From the IMG/VR virus record IMGVR_UViG_3300035670_000048, positions 1-64,000 of that record: 64,000 nt of DNA; one strand, written 5' to 3'. Both the position numbers and the translations under genes were made by a program. This stretch comes from a virus (taxonomy: Duplodnaviria > Heunggongvirae > Uroviricota > Caudoviricetes). Every line of letters begins with the position of its first letter. Position 1 is the stretch's first letter. A model generated the notes under the pieces. The model was not told the origin of the DNA. It saw only the letters and a program-made list of their open reading frames with translations, and made no database searches. Shown here piece by piece: positions 19,423 through 27,809 of the stretch.

Positions 19423-19626
19423 CTACTCTTTTGAACTTACGAACCCGAACATTGCTATTAGGAATCCAAACACTAGGACCACTACGTAATCCATATCATT
19501 AGTGAATACCATTCCGTAGCATGCGATCATCACTAACATTGTACCTAGTATAGCTAGGATTGCTGCTCCGTTTTTCTTAGTTTGAGCTTGCTTACGTGCG
19601 ATTTCTTGGATTTGAGCTTGTGTCAT
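19423..19626 (-). CDS. Small membrane protein.
   Basis: 67 aa with two hydrophobic segments. Early-motif promoter upstream. Confidence 0.5.
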   Translation of the reverse strand: MTQAQIQEIARKQAQTKKNGAAILAILGTMLVMIACYGMVFTNDMDYVVVLVFGFLIAMFGFVSSKE

Positions 19627-19653
19627 GTTTTTATTATTTTGTTAGTTAATTAT

Positions 19654-19682
19654 TTATTACAGGGTAAATATAATCTGGAAAT
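19654..19682 (-). promoter_or_regulatory. Early promoter motif, class A.
   Basis: ttattacagggtaaatataatctggaaat. Confidence 0.6.
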
Positions 19683-19687
19683 TGACA

Positions 19688-19933
19688 CTATAACATGTTT
19701 TCAACATTTACTTCATGTTGGTATATCACGTCATCATTATTTACTTTCCATAAGTTACCCTCATTATCTAATACGTGAACTGTAACTCGGTTTACTTTTT
19801 GGATTACGCCTGTACTTTTCTCATATCCCCATCCTATATTCTGTACTGGTGCTTCATACATGAATGTAATATGTTGTCCAACTGTGAATTCTGGTTTCTT
19901 AACTGCCGCTTTTTTGATGATTTGAGTTTTCAT
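19688..19933 (-). CDS. Hypothetical protein.
   Basis: 81 aa ORF. Motif variant at 19944-19974. Confidence 0.5.
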   Translation of the reverse strand: MKTQIIKKAAVKKPEFTVGQHITFMYEAPVQNIGWGYEKSTGVIQKVNRVTVHVLDNEGNLWKVNNDDVIYQHEVNVENML

Positions 19934-19981
19934 GTTCGTTTGTTTTTATGTACAGGGTAAAGTTAATCAGGACACACGCGC

Positions 19982-20197
19982 CTATCTAATCATAATAGGC
20001 GCTTTTTTAACTCTGCGTTTCGTGTGTTTCTTAACTGTCTTCATTTTGTAATACACTACATTGTTGATTGTAATGAATTCTTCATGACGCGCTGTACAGT
20101 AATCAAAGCGAATATAAGTGTCTCCGTTGAAGTGTTTAACCGGTACTACTGATGGGTTGATGTTCTTGATTCCTGGGTTGTGAATTGTTGCTGACAT
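19982..20197 (-). CDS. Hypothetical protein.
   Basis: 71 aa ORF. Early motif at 20221-20249. Confidence 0.5.
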   Translation of the reverse strand: MSATIHNPGIKNINPSVVPVKHFNGDTYIRFDYCTARHEEFITINNVVYYKMKTVKKHTKRRVKKAPIMIR

Positions 20198-20220
20198 GTT
20201 TGTTTGTTTTAGTTAATTAT

Positions 20221-20249
20221 TTATTACATGGTAATGATAATCTGGAAAT
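20221..20249 (-). promoter_or_regulatory. Early promoter motif, class A.
   Basis: ttattacatggtaatgataatctggaaat. Confidence 0.6.
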
Positions 20250-20437
20250 TATTCAACTTCAACCTCTTCAACATCCCAATAATACCATTTATACTGGAAT
20301 CCAAAACTATCTTTATATTTAACTTCCATTTCAGCTATATAGTTATTTGCTTTTTCTAATGTAGTGAATATTTTCTCTAGATCGGTACTATTACTCTCAC
20401 CACTACAATGTTCCTTATTTACTACGTATACTTTCAT
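20249..20437 (-). CDS. Hypothetical protein.
   Basis: 62 aa ORF. Early motif at 20451-20479. Confidence 0.5.
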   Translation of the reverse strand: MKVYVVNKEHCSGESNSTDLEKIFTTLEKANNYIAEMEVKYKDSFGFQYKWYYWDVEEVEVE

Positions 20438-20450
20438 GTTTATTTATTAT

Positions 20451-20479
20451 TTATTACATCGTAAATGTAACCTTGAATT
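20451..20479 (-). promoter_or_regulatory. Early promoter motif, class A.
   Basis: ttattacatcgtaaatgtaaccttgaatt. Confidence 0.55.
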
Positions 20480-20480
20480 T

Positions 20481-20639
20481 CTATCCTTCCAACGCGTCAA
20501 TTTCTGCCTCTAATTTGGCGATTTGTTTCTTGGTTGACTCAACCATTAATGTCCAGCCTTTGGCTTGGAACTTTTCTAGGCGCTCAATCGCATCCTCTAA
20601 TTGTTTTAATTTTAATTCGAATTTTAAATCGTTACTCAT
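20481..20639 (-). CDS. Small coiled-coil protein (52 aa, below the ORF-track cutoff).
   Basis: Translated by eye: MSNDLKFELKLKQLEDAIERLEKFQAKGWTLMVESTKKQIAKLEAEIDALEG*. Early motif directly upstream (20652-20680). Confidence 0.35.
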   Translation of the reverse strand: MSNDLKFELKLKQLEDAIERLEKFQAKGWTLMVESTKKQIAKLEAEIDALEG

Positions 20640-20651
20640 ATTGTTAATTAT

Positions 20652-20680
20652 TTATTACATGGTAATGGTAATTAAGAGAG
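20652..20680 (-). promoter_or_regulatory. Early promoter motif, class A.
   Basis: ttattacatggtaatggtaattaagagag. Confidence 0.55.
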
Positions 20681-20708
20681 AGGCATTTCCATACCTCCCT
20701 CTTTTTAT

Positions 20709-20969
20709 TTATTTTTCTATAAACCACATTAATATATCTTCTCCTCTCAATTCAAAATTCATCTCTACATCCCACTCATCATTTACTATATTTCCATTTC
20801 TTAATCTATTTTTTAAATCAATCCAACCATCTACAAATTCATCATCATAATTTTCTCTATCACTATACTCAATATCTAACCATAATTCTTCAATTCTCTT
20901 ACCAACTTCATACTCATTATCATTTCCACATCCAAACCATTCAATTAATACATTTTCCATTTTTTCCAT
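20709..20969 (-). CDS. Hypothetical acidic protein.
   Basis: 86 aa ORF. A/T-rich promoter-like region 20970-21040. Confidence 0.5.
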   Translation of the reverse strand: MEKMENVLIEWFGCGNDNEYEVGKRIEELWLDIEYSDRENYDDEFVDGWIDLKNRLRNGNIVNDEWDVEMNFELRGEDILMWFIEK

Positions 20970-21049
20970 TTTTATATTATTTATATTATTTAATTATTTA
21001 TATATTAAATATAATAAAGAAATATATATAATTAAAATAGAACAAAGAT

Positions 21050-21066
21050 GGGAGCCACGGGCTCCC
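21050..21066 (-). terminator. Rho-independent terminator-like hairpin downstream of the 21106 tRNA-like gene.
   Basis: gggagccacgggctccc (7-bp GC stem). On the gene strand it is followed by ATCTTTGTTCTATTTT. Confidence 0.45.
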
Positions 21067-21105
21067 TCTTATGCATCTGTAATAATTAACTAATAAACAA
21101 TATTG

Positions 21106-21197
21106 TGGTTAGGACAGGATTCGAACCTGTATGAGAGATAACCATTCCTTTATTCCCTCTATCTGTTAATTAGCGTCTACCATTCCGCCACCTAACC
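21106..21197 (-). tRNA. tRNA-like gene, 91 nt (type II-length). Anticodon not resolvable by eye.
   Basis: The RC reads GGTTAGG-TG-GCGG-AATGGTAGA-CGC...ACAGG-TTCGAAT-CCTGT-CCTAACC-A. It has a perfect 7-bp acceptor, a 3-bp D-stem and a canonical T-arm. I could not fold a standard anticodon arm. Confidence 0.55.
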
Positions 21198-21205
21198 GGG
21201 TACTC

Positions 21206-21367
21206 TTATTTTACCTTAACGAATCGACCGTTACGGATATCACGTTTGTGACGACGACCGAACTTGTCTACTGCTGTTTCGTAATACATGTTTGCGTATA
21301 CTTTATACACGTAATAACCTGCTACTGTCAATAGTGCTGCTGCACCTAAAATTTGAAATAATTCCAT
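21206..21367 (-). CDS. Small membrane protein. Start re-assigned to an internal Met.
   Basis: MELFQILGAAALLTVAGYYVYKV... The track start at 21427 would place the early motif (21384-21410) inside the gene. Confidence 0.45.
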   Translation of the reverse strand: MELFQILGAAALLTVAGYYVYKVYANMYYETAVDKFGRRHKRDIRNGRFVKVK

Positions 21368-21427
21368 ATGTTTGTTTTGTTTTTTTACTCTGTAAATGTA
21401 ATTAAGACATTTTTGTTTTCCCAGCAC

Positions 21428-21895
21428 AAAAAATTGTATAAAAAAAACATGATTAGACGTTTATTTAATCATCACCACCACCATTTAGACGGTCGTTGAA
21501 CCATTTAATCGCCATTTAGACGGTTGTCTAATCGTTTCACAACAAAAAAATGACACAAAATTGGACTGTTCTACTAAGAAAGCGTCTCCTTACATGTGAA
21601 CCCACCACCTTTGTGTGGGCTATTCTACTAATTTTAAAGTATATACAAAGTATTTATAAAAATGGTAGGAGGGGTGGGGAGAAAAATTGGAACACAACCC
21701 TTTACCACACCACCGTCATCTCCATTCATTCCACATACCATTACACATTTATATAATTACACGAACGTCTAATTACACATCCGTCTAACCACATTCCATA
21801 CTAACAAAAAAATATTCCACATCTACATAACACAAATATATGCGAAAAAAACGTGGGATCTACGTGGATTCTACACGAAAAAAACATGATCACTA
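21428..21895. promoter_or_regulatory. 470-bp non-coding region with iteron-like TTAGACGG / CCGTCTAA repeats (3 direct then 3 inverted) and CCACC-rich tracts. Candidate origin or regulatory hub.
   Basis: TTAGAC at 21453, 21486, 21517. GTCTAA at 21526, 21767, 21783. ccatttagacgg x2. Hairpin cccaccacctttgtgtggg at 21601-19. Tandem gtgggatctac/gtggattctac at 21852-74. Confidence 0.4.
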
Positions 21896-22291
21896 CTATA
21901 CGCGCGGCGCCTTACTTGCCGTACCATACATGTGATCATACACGGCTACCCACAATGCTAATCCAATCAACGTCGGCATTACGTGTTGCATTCCTAACGT
22001 ATCGTACAACCACGTCAATATATTAAAACCCGTATACACGAATAAAAACACAATCATCATTGCCACGAATGACTTTGTGAGGCGTTTCCACATCGGCGGA
22101 TAATCCGTGTTCGTGTTCGGTGTGTTAGTCTGAATATTATTATTTATTGTCTTTCTCATCTCGTCCGTCATGTTCGTTGTATTTATTGTTTGTTGTTTTA
22201 ATTGCTGTGCTGCTCGTTCCGCGTTTGCTAACACCTCATTTATTGTTTCCATTGGTAATGGATCACTATATGAATGCGATTTATTTACCAT
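21896..22291 (-). CDS. Membrane protein.
   Basis: 131 aa. C-terminal hydrophobic segments. Confidence 0.5.
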   Translation of the reverse strand: MVNKSHSYSDPLPMETINEVLANAERAAQQLKQQTINTTNMTDEMRKTINNNIQTNTPNTNTDYPPMWKRLTKSFVAMMIVFLFVYTGFNILTWLYDTLGMQHVMPTLIGLALWVAVYDHMYGTASKAPRV

Positions 22292-22542
22292 TGCATTTCA
22301 TCTGGGTTTATTGCTGGAACTGCATCCATTGTTTGATTTGTTATTTCACCTAATAAACTTAACATACTTAATGATTGCATACGTAATGTTGAATGTAGTT
22401 TACCTAATTCGAATCCTTGTTGCATTTTGTTGTTTTCCCCGACCGATAGCTTTTTTATGTCTTCTGCTGTATTAGCAAACATGCGTTCGTAATGTCTGAG
22501 ATCTCGTAACTGCTCGTGTGTTATGAAGTGTTTATTTTTCAT
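22285..22542 (-). CDS. Hypothetical protein. Start moved to MKNKHF so it couples (TATGAAAAATAA) with the upstream gene.
   Basis: The track ORF 22285..22626 overlaps 22532..22780 by 95 nt. The internal ATG gives a typical 11-nt overlap. Confidence 0.4.
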   Translation of the reverse strand: MKNKHFITHEQLRDLRHYERMFANTAEDIKKLSVGENNKMQQGFELGKLHSTLRMQSLSMLSLLGEITNQTMDAVPAINPDEMQW

Positions 22543-22780
22543 ATTGTTCGTTATAATATTGTAATCCACTATTGCCTGATAATTCCTCTTCACATCCTTC
22601 CCAAAACCCATTTTCCCATGATGCAATTATCTGCTCTTTCTCCTTTGGAAGTAGTTCCTTTGCTTTCTGATATACATCACCTGGATCCACTGGAATGACT
22701 TCGCTTTCTTCAATCATCCATTCCATTAACTCTTGTAGCGCTGTTTTATTTTTCATTGTATCTTGGATTATCTTTAACAT
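22532..22780 (-). CDS. Hypothetical protein.
   Basis: 82 aa ORF. Confidence 0.5.
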   Translation of the reverse strand: MLKIIQDTMKNKTALQELMEWMIEESEVIPVDPGDVYQKAKELLPKEKEQIIASWENGFWEGCEEELSGNSGLQYYNEQYEK

Positions 22781-22781
22781 A

Positions 22782-23087
22782 TTACTTTTTTGTTATTGCT
22801 TTACCAATTATATTAATTATTCTATTCCATCTCCATTCACTTTGTTTTTCTTCTATTGTCATTGGATACGGTTCTTCCTTTATGTTATCATTCACATTGG
22901 TATTACCATACGAACTCCACATCGCTTGAATATAGATTTGATGTAAGTGTGGCGGAATATCTTTGAACTCACCAATTATTGTAATTGGTAATTTCGTTCC
23001 ACTACCTGCTATTGTAATTGAGGAATTCATTTGAGCCTTTGTGCTGACTTGTATTGTTAAATGCTCACCTCCAAATGTTATACTCAT
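22782..23087 (-). CDS. Hypothetical protein.
   Basis: 101 aa ORF. Confidence 0.5.
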   Translation of the reverse strand: MSITFGGEHLTIQVSTKAQMNSSITIAGSGTKLPITIIGEFKDIPPHLHQIYIQAMWSSYGNTNVNDNIKEEPYPMTIEEKQSEWRWNRIINIIGKAITKK

Positions 23088-23088
23088 A

Positions 23089-23319
23089 TTATTTTAAGAA
23101 GAAGTCAAATGTTTGCTTAATGATGCTCATGTTTACTTCTTGGTAGATTAGCCATTTACACCATACAATGGGAGTAAATATGAAATCCATGATTGCCCAT
23201 CCAATACTATTGTGAATTGTGTATCCAATCATTGCCGTCGGCAATTGAATTAGAATGTATGGGAATGTAAATACCTTAACTGTTATTTTTTTATTTGTCA
23301 TTGTCTTGTTGTTTACCAT
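23089..23319 (-). CDS. Small membrane protein.
   Basis: 76 aa. Hydrophobic, Trp-rich. Confidence 0.5.
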   Translation of the reverse strand: MVNNKTMTNKKITVKVFTFPYILIQLPTAMIGYTIHNSIGWAIMDFIFTPIVWCKWLIYQEVNMSIIKQTFDFFLK

Positions 23320-23654
23320 CCACTATTCTCTACCCAACCTACTTCCTCTAATACATCATAAATCTTATCTAATGCGGTATGCATTTTATTTGTAGATTCT
23401 TTAAATTGATGATCACGTGCTTTCATACCTGCTTCATAAGCATAATGCATTAGGTAGTTAACGTATTTTTCTGTAAATCCGAATGAATCGGTTCCTGCTT
23501 CTCCTACGTGTCTGTGATATCCTTCATTGCTGAATTTTTCTTGTACGTATGCTTTCAACCATAGTATGTTTTGATCTACTTCGTTAGGTCGAGGCGATAA
23601 TTTAACTGCGCCTTCTTCTACTCGTTTCTTGTAAAAATCCCAAAATTCGCTCAT
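23313..23654 (-). CDS. Hypothetical protein.
   Basis: 113 aa ORF. Early motif at 23674-23701. Confidence 0.5.
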   Translation of the reverse strand: MSEFWDFYKKRVEEGAVKLSPRPNEVDQNILWLKAYVQEKFSNEGYHRHVGEAGTDSFGFTEKYVNYLMHYAYEAGMKARDHQFKESTNKMHTALDKIYDVLEEVGWVENSGW

Positions 23655-23673
23655 GATGTTTGTTTATTTATCT

Positions 23674-23701
23674 TATTACATTGTAAATGTAATTAGGAAA
23701 C
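23674..23701 (-). promoter_or_regulatory. Early promoter motif, class A.
   Basis: ttattacattgtaaatgtaattaggaaac. Confidence 0.6.
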
Positions 23702-24052
23702 TTAAAATTTACTAAATAGTTTATACCACCATTTTGATTTAATTGCTAAAAGTGGGTATGCTTTTTTCTGATAAGCGTCTACTGCTTCTTCCCATTTTTC
23801 TACATTCCCTACATGCTGAATATACATTTTATCAACTTCATCACGTAGTTCTTTTATAGCTTTATTCAACTCTACACCCTTACCGTAAATTCTGGTTTGG
23901 TATGTTGGATTTTCGGTCTTTCTACGATCAAGTATTACTAATTTAGCGTTTTGAAGTTCTATATTCATTTGAACCATTTCTTCATATTCCTTATTTTTAT
24001 TCATCAACCACTCATACTCGGATAGAGGCATTGTGATAGTTTTATTTTCCAT
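23702..24052 (-). CDS. Hypothetical protein.
   Basis: 116 aa ORF. Confidence 0.5.
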   Translation of the reverse strand: MENKTITMPLSEYEWLMNKNKEYEEMVQMNIELQNAKLVILDRRKTENPTYQTRIYGKGVELNKAIKELRDEVDKMYIQHVGNVEKWEEAVDAYQKKAYPLLAIKSKWWYKLFSKF

Positions 24053-24200
24053 TATCGTATGCTCTGAATACTGTTTTTAAATTATTGCGATCGGTTTGTT
24101 GCATTGCAACGTCTGTTAAGTGTTTGGATTTTTGTTTTACCATTTCACTTATCAATTCAAATGCGCGGTTTGTTTTTTCGGCTTGTGTTTTATTTGTCAT
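24042..24200 (-). CDS. Small ORF (52 aa) filling the gap between 24052 and 24190.
   Basis: Translated by eye: MTNKTQAEKTNRAFELISEMVKQKSKHLTDVAMQQTDRNNLKTVFRAYDNGK*. Couples with both neighbours. Confidence 0.3.
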   Translation of the reverse strand: MTNKTQAEKTNRAFELISEMVKQKSKHLTDVAMQQTDRNNLKTVFRAYDNGK

Positions 24201-24420
24201 TTTCGATACAATATTTTATTAATTTTTTACCTACGTTAGAGCTTTTAGCAATTGAATCACCTGTAATTAGTGATTCGATTTTCCAAGTTACTTCACCGTT
24301 TTTTTCGATTTTGATTACTTTATACTCATCATTATCTTCTTCATCGTAATCGTCGGTTCCAAAGTATATGTGGTATACTGTACTCTTGGCACATAGTTCT
24401 AGATATTTCTTATTTTCCAT
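24190..24420 (-). CDS. Hypothetical protein. Probably leaderless, as the motif abuts the ATG.
   Basis: 76 aa ORF. Early motif 24421-24443 starts 1 nt after the start codon. Confidence 0.5.
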   Translation of the reverse strand: MENKKYLELCAKSTVYHIYFGTDDYDEEDNDEYKVIKIEKNGEVTWKIESLITGDSIAKSSNVGKKLIKYCIENDK

Positions 24421-24443
24421 ATTGTAAATGTAATCTGGAAATT
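24421..24443 (-). promoter_or_regulatory. Early promoter motif, class A, abutting the start codon (leaderless arrangement).
   Basis: attgtaaatgtaatctggaaatt begins 1 nt after the ATG of 24190..24420. Confidence 0.55.
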
Positions 24444-24576
24444 TTATTCTTTCAAATCGTACACATAGTATCTAATTGGTACATCATCGCTACCGATGAA
24501 TTCTCTCATTTGCGGCTCGACTGGCATCTCTTCAAACATGCGTTGTGTTCCTTCCGGATCGGTTTGGAACATATAA

Positions 24577-24843
24577 TTAATTGTTGTTTGTAGGTAGATT
24601 TGCTTCATGAGGGATATCTTCTGTATACGTTTGCTTATTTGACTGGTATGTACTCATTGTTGTTCCACCTGTAGTGAAGTAATGGTAACGGCCATTGTCT
24701 AAGAATCGATATATTTTGATACCATCCTTTTCGAATAGGTATTCAACTTCAAATCCATCATCCTTACCTAATTGTTCTTTTGAAATCGGATCGTTTATAC
24801 ACGATGTAAGTAATAATGCTGCTACTAATGTTAGATATTTCAT
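24577..24843 (-). CDS. Lipoprotein.
   Basis: Signal peptide plus lipobox MKYLTLVAALLLTSCIND. Confidence 0.55.
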   Translation of the reverse strand: MKYLTLVAALLLTSCINDPISKEQLGKDDGFEVEYLFEKDGIKIYRFLDNGRYHYFTTGGTTMSTYQSNKQTYTEDIPHEANLPTNNN

Positions 24844-24844
24844 G

Positions 24845-25033
24845 TTATTTTAATTTATTTCTGAAATCACGTACTACTGCTGCTGCCTCGTAGTCTTCAA
24901 TCATCACTACTGAGCGTTCGATGTCTTCTAACATTGCGTCTGCGTTTCCGTTGAATTCCTCGTTAAGTATTTTCTTTAGTCTGCGTTTCGACGTTTTGTT
25001 TAATTTCATTTCGTCGATTAATCGTTCCATCAT
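24845..25033 (-). CDS. Hypothetical protein.
   Basis: 62 aa ORF. Confidence 0.45.
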   Translation of the reverse strand: MMERLIDEMKLNKTSKRRLKKILNEEFNGNADAMLEDIERSVVMIEDYEAAAVVRDFRNKLK

Positions 25034-25034
25034 A

Positions 25035-25337
25035 TTACAATTTGTTTTCTAATTCATTGATGAAATATAATGCGTCTGTTTTACCTCCGACATGGAATAC
25101 TTGTAATTCATTCATTGTGTACTCACGATCATATGTTTTCCAATCGTAGATAGTAAAGTAATCGTTTTTGAATTTAACTACCCATTCCACTTGTGTTTTA
25201 TCATCGAGTGATGCTTCGCTGAATGTAGGTGGACCTAACACTTCTACTAATCGTTTGTAAGTAGCGTGTGTATAGCCTTTTAATGATGTGCCGCATGTTT
25301 GATTTGATGCGAAGTCTTGATTTCTTAATGTTCTCAT
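25035..25337 (-). CDS. Hypothetical protein.
   Basis: 100 aa ORF. Early motif (class B) at 25350-25378. Confidence 0.5.
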   Translation of the reverse strand: MRTLRNQDFASNQTCGTSLKGYTHATYKRLVEVLGPPTFSEASLDDKTQVEWVVKFKNDYFTIYDWKTYDREYTMNELQVFHVGGKTDALYFINELENKL

Positions 25338-25349
25338 GTTTGCTCGTTT

Positions 25350-25378
25350 TTATTACAGATTAAAGATAATTAGGAAAT
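25350..25378 (-). promoter_or_regulatory. Early promoter motif, class B (+ strand form TACAGATTAAAGATAAT[TA]AGGAAAT).
   Basis: ttattacagattaaagataattaggaaat. Confidence 0.6.
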
Positions 25379-25379
25379 T

Positions 25380-25580
25380 CTATTTATCCAATATTATTGA
25401 ATTAAGTATATCAATTGATTCTGTTAAATCATATCCATACTCATCTAAGATTCGGATAAAATCATGTAAATTATTACATTGATTTAATTCCTTTCGTATT
25501 TGTTTCATTGGGAATGGTGGGGATGCTTCTTCTTCATCCATAATATGAAATAATTTGAGTCTTAAATCTTGGATTTCCAT
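25380..25580 (-). CDS. Hypothetical protein.
   Basis: 66 aa ORF. Motif at 25592-25620. Confidence 0.5.
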   Translation of the reverse strand: MEIQDLRLKLFHIMDEEEASPPFPMKQIRKELNQCNNLHDFIRILDEYGYDLTESIDILNSIILDK

Positions 25581-25591
25581 ATGTTTGTTTA

Positions 25592-25620
25592 TTTGTACAG
25601 ATTAAAGATAATAAGGAAAT
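25592..25620 (-). promoter_or_regulatory. Early promoter motif, class B.
   Basis: tttgtacagattaaagataataaggaaat. Confidence 0.6.
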
Positions 25621-25632
25621 TCTTAGATTGCC

Positions 25633-25845
25633 CTATGCGTAGCCGTTTTCGACTGCGTATCGTTCTAAATAGTCATGAATCGCATCAAACGGCTTGTCGC
25701 CTCTGTAATTGAATACATCGATTTCTTTACCATTACTGTACACACTGTACATTGACCCACCATTATTTTCAACTGTCATGTGGGTTAAATCAACATCACC
25801 GCACGTTACCCGATATATGGTAGATTTTTCTATTCCTAAATTCAT
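25633..25845 (-). CDS. Hypothetical protein.
   Basis: 70 aa ORF. Confidence 0.5.
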   Translation of the reverse strand: MNLGIEKSTIYRVTCGDVDLTHMTVENNGGSMYSVYSNGKEIDVFNYRGDKPFDAIHDYLERYAVENGYA

Positions 25846-25847
25846 GG

Positions 25848-26036
25848 CTATTTCTTTTTAGTTAGTGAAGCGATTTTAGCATTTAAGTCCTTAGCTATCA
25901 TTGCTGGGAATTTAATATCGTATAGAACGCGTTTGCCGTTTGATTCGGCGTCTGTGATTTCTTTCTCGAAATTTTCTTGCCATAACTCTAATGCTTGCTG
26001 GATTACGAATTGATCGTGTGCGTTTAACTTCTTCAT
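25848..26036 (-). CDS. Hypothetical protein.
   Basis: 62 aa ORF. Motif at 26062-26090. Confidence 0.5.
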   Translation of the reverse strand: MKKLNAHDQFVIQQALELWQENFEKEITDAESNGKRVLYDIKFPAMIAKDLNAKIASLTKKK

Positions 26037-26061
26037 GTTTGTTTATTTATTGGTTTAACTT

Positions 26062-26090
26062 TTATTACATCGTAAATATAATCTAGAAAT
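26062..26090 (-). promoter_or_regulatory. Early promoter motif, class A.
   Basis: ttattacatcgtaaatataatctagaaat. The preceding leader atgtttgtttatttattggtttaactt is near-identical to 28764-28791. Confidence 0.6.
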
Positions 26091-26330
26091 TTATAAATTC
26101 CTAAGAATAACTAATTTAGCGTCTACTTCTTCGGCGGTTAGTCCATGTAATACACCTGTTGCTACGGGAGTAGTAAAGTCGATAACTCCATCTTTATAAG
26201 TAGTCATCATATATGACTCGCCATCAAATGTTAATTTAGCAGCGTAATTATTAATGAATTGTATTCCGAATTCGGTTAAATTTGAATCCGTTGGATGTGG
26301 TCTGAATTCTAGTCTAGGTAGTATTTGCAT
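26091..26330 (-). CDS. Hypothetical protein.
   Basis: 79 aa ORF. A/T promoter-like box at 26331-26353. Confidence 0.5.
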   Translation of the reverse strand: MQILPRLEFRPHPTDSNLTEFGIQFINNYAAKLTFDGESYMMTTYKDGVIDFTTPVATGVLHGLTAEEVDAKLVILRNL

Positions 26331-26356
26331 GTCGTTTTATAATAAATATGGAGAAA

Positions 26357-26728
26357 CTATACAGTCTCTCCAATTTCTAATTCTACTACATCGTTTAATT
26401 TTAATCGTGTAATTTCTGATTTTAAATAATTAGTAGCAATTTCACGATACTCTTCATTGGCCATCTGAATTAGTTTATCTAATTCTTCGTCTGTGATGTC
26501 GATTGGTAATGATACTTTATAGTTATCATCACGATTTGAATATTTCATGATTTCGACTTGACTCTTATAATCCTCTCCAAAGTCAACACCTGATACATTA
26601 GTACCTTCAGCGAAGTATAAACTAATATTTTCAGATAATTGATTGTGTCCTTCAGGTAATCGCATTACAATTCCTAAACCACGTATTTGCTCGAATAATG
26701 TTTTGAATGTGTTTAATTGATTTCTCAT
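26357..26728 (-). CDS. Hypothetical protein.
   Basis: 123 aa ORF. Motif at 26757-26785. Confidence 0.5.
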   Translation of the reverse strand: MRNQLNTFKTLFEQIRGLGIVMRLPEGHNQLSENISLYFAEGTNVSGVDFGEDYKSQVEIMKYSNRDDNYKVSLPIDITDEELDKLIQMANEEYREIATNYLKSEITRLKLNDVVELEIGETV

Positions 26729-26756
26729 GTTTTTATTTGTTTATTTGTTCTAACTT

Positions 26757-26785
26757 TTCTTACAGATTAAAGATAATAAGGAAAT
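26757..26785 (-). promoter_or_regulatory. Early promoter motif, class B.
   Basis: ttcttacagattaaagataataaggaaat. Confidence 0.6.
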
Positions 26786-26795
26786 TTTTAAAAGC

Positions 26796-27149
26796 CTACC
26801 AACTTGAGCTGTAGTATAGATCATCTAAGCAGTATGGCTTATTTTCGAGTATATCGTTAATGATTCCTACTGTGTAATCTAAACTCACATAATATCCATC
26901 TTCATATACGGTTTCACCGAAGAAGAATCCTGACTGTGTTGGCAGTAACGATTCGGCTAATGATGAATCGTTTAATACCTGATTACATTCATCACGTAAC
27001 TGAATTAATTGCTCTTTAGTTACTTTGTAGTCTCCACAGTCATCTACACCGTTTTGGACGTTCTGAACGAACCATCTGTGGATTTGATTTGCTTTTCTCC
27101 AATACCCGACTTCATTTCCGTCGTGAATTAACATCATATCTAATCCCAT
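26796..27149 (-). CDS. Hypothetical protein.
   Basis: 117 aa ORF. Confidence 0.5.
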   Translation of the reverse strand: MGLDMMLIHDGNEVGYWRKANQIHRWFVQNVQNGVDDCGDYKVTKEQLIQLRDECNQVLNDSSLAESLLPTQSGFFFGETVYEDGYYVSLDYTVGIINDILENKPYCLDDLYYSSSW

Positions 27150-27150
27150 A

Positions 27151-27345
27151 TTATAATTGATTTAAACGGATATGCTCCTTGTTGATGAAGTAATTTAATT
27201 TACCTGAATATTCCTCTAATAGTACTAGTAATTGTACTTTAGATTCAACTGTAGGTGATGTAGCTAATGATCTAGCTGTTGATTCGATTAGACTGCTGTA
27301 GTAATCGATTTTGGGCATGTAGCCGTATAGATATTTATTTCTCAT
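27151..27345 (-). CDS. Hypothetical protein.
   Basis: 64 aa ORF. Motif at 27361-27385. Confidence 0.5.
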   Translation of the reverse strand: MRNKYLYGYMPKIDYYSSLIESTARSLATSPTVESKVQLLVLLEEYSGKLNYFINKEHIRLNQL

Positions 27346-27399
27346 GTTTGTTTGTTTTAATACATTATAAATGTAATTAAGAAATTTATTTAATCCAAG

Positions 27400-27523
27400 T
27401 AGTCAGTACAGGATTCGAACCTGTGATAGTCTCCATCAGCACATTGATAAAGCAGAGACTCCGCCATTCCTCTCCAAGAATTAGCGTCAATGTTTCGGTA
27501 CGTGTTCCTCTCGCCACCTGACT
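27400..27523 (-). tRNA. tRNA-like gene, 123 nt (acceptor/D/T arms tRNA-like, with ~50 nt of extra internal sequence).
   Basis: RC: AGTCAGG-TG-GCGA-G...ACAGG-TTCGAAT-CCTGT-ACTGACT. The acceptor is 6/7 paired. It shares its 5' and 3' ends with the 21106 and 40691 elements. It contains an internal near-duplication (TGGCGAGAGG / AATGGCGGAG). Confidence 0.4.
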
Positions 27524-27530
27524 GTATTAT

Positions 27531-27809
27531 TTACTTTTCAATCATTGTGATTGGTACTTTATAGCTGAAGTATCCTGTTTCGAGTTGTAATGTAGCAGTT
27601 GTACGTTTGATTTCTCTAACGATCAATGATTTACCTTGTAGTTTGGGGTGATTCACTTTTACTTTATCTCCAATGTTAATTTCGAACTCGGCGATTGCCT
27701 GTTTGCGTTTTACTTTAATAGTTTTAACAACGCGTTCATTTAATTCACGTAGTTGCTCTAATGTCAGTTGGTTTAATTGTGCTTGTGTCATGTTATCTAT
27801 AATTTTCAA
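27531..27809 (-). CDS. Hypothetical protein.
   Basis: 92 aa ORF. Confidence 0.5.
   Translation of the reverse strand: MKIIDNMTQAQLNQLTLEQLRELNERVVKTIKVKRKQAIAEFEINIGDKVKVNHPKLQGKSLIVREIKRTTATLQLETGYFSYKVPITMIEK

Noticed and set aside
21106-21197. A tRNA as a prophage attachment site or integration junction.
   Set aside because: There is no integrase, recombinase or direct repeat of the tRNA 3' end nearby. Phage genes continue uninterrupted on both sides.
22147-22946. Plus-strand ORFs 22147..22353, 22170..22475, 22516..22698 and 22695..22946.
   Set aside because: They are antisense to a run of coupled minus-strand genes. Their products are Cys/Leu/Phe-rich low-complexity peptides typical of AT-rich antisense frames.
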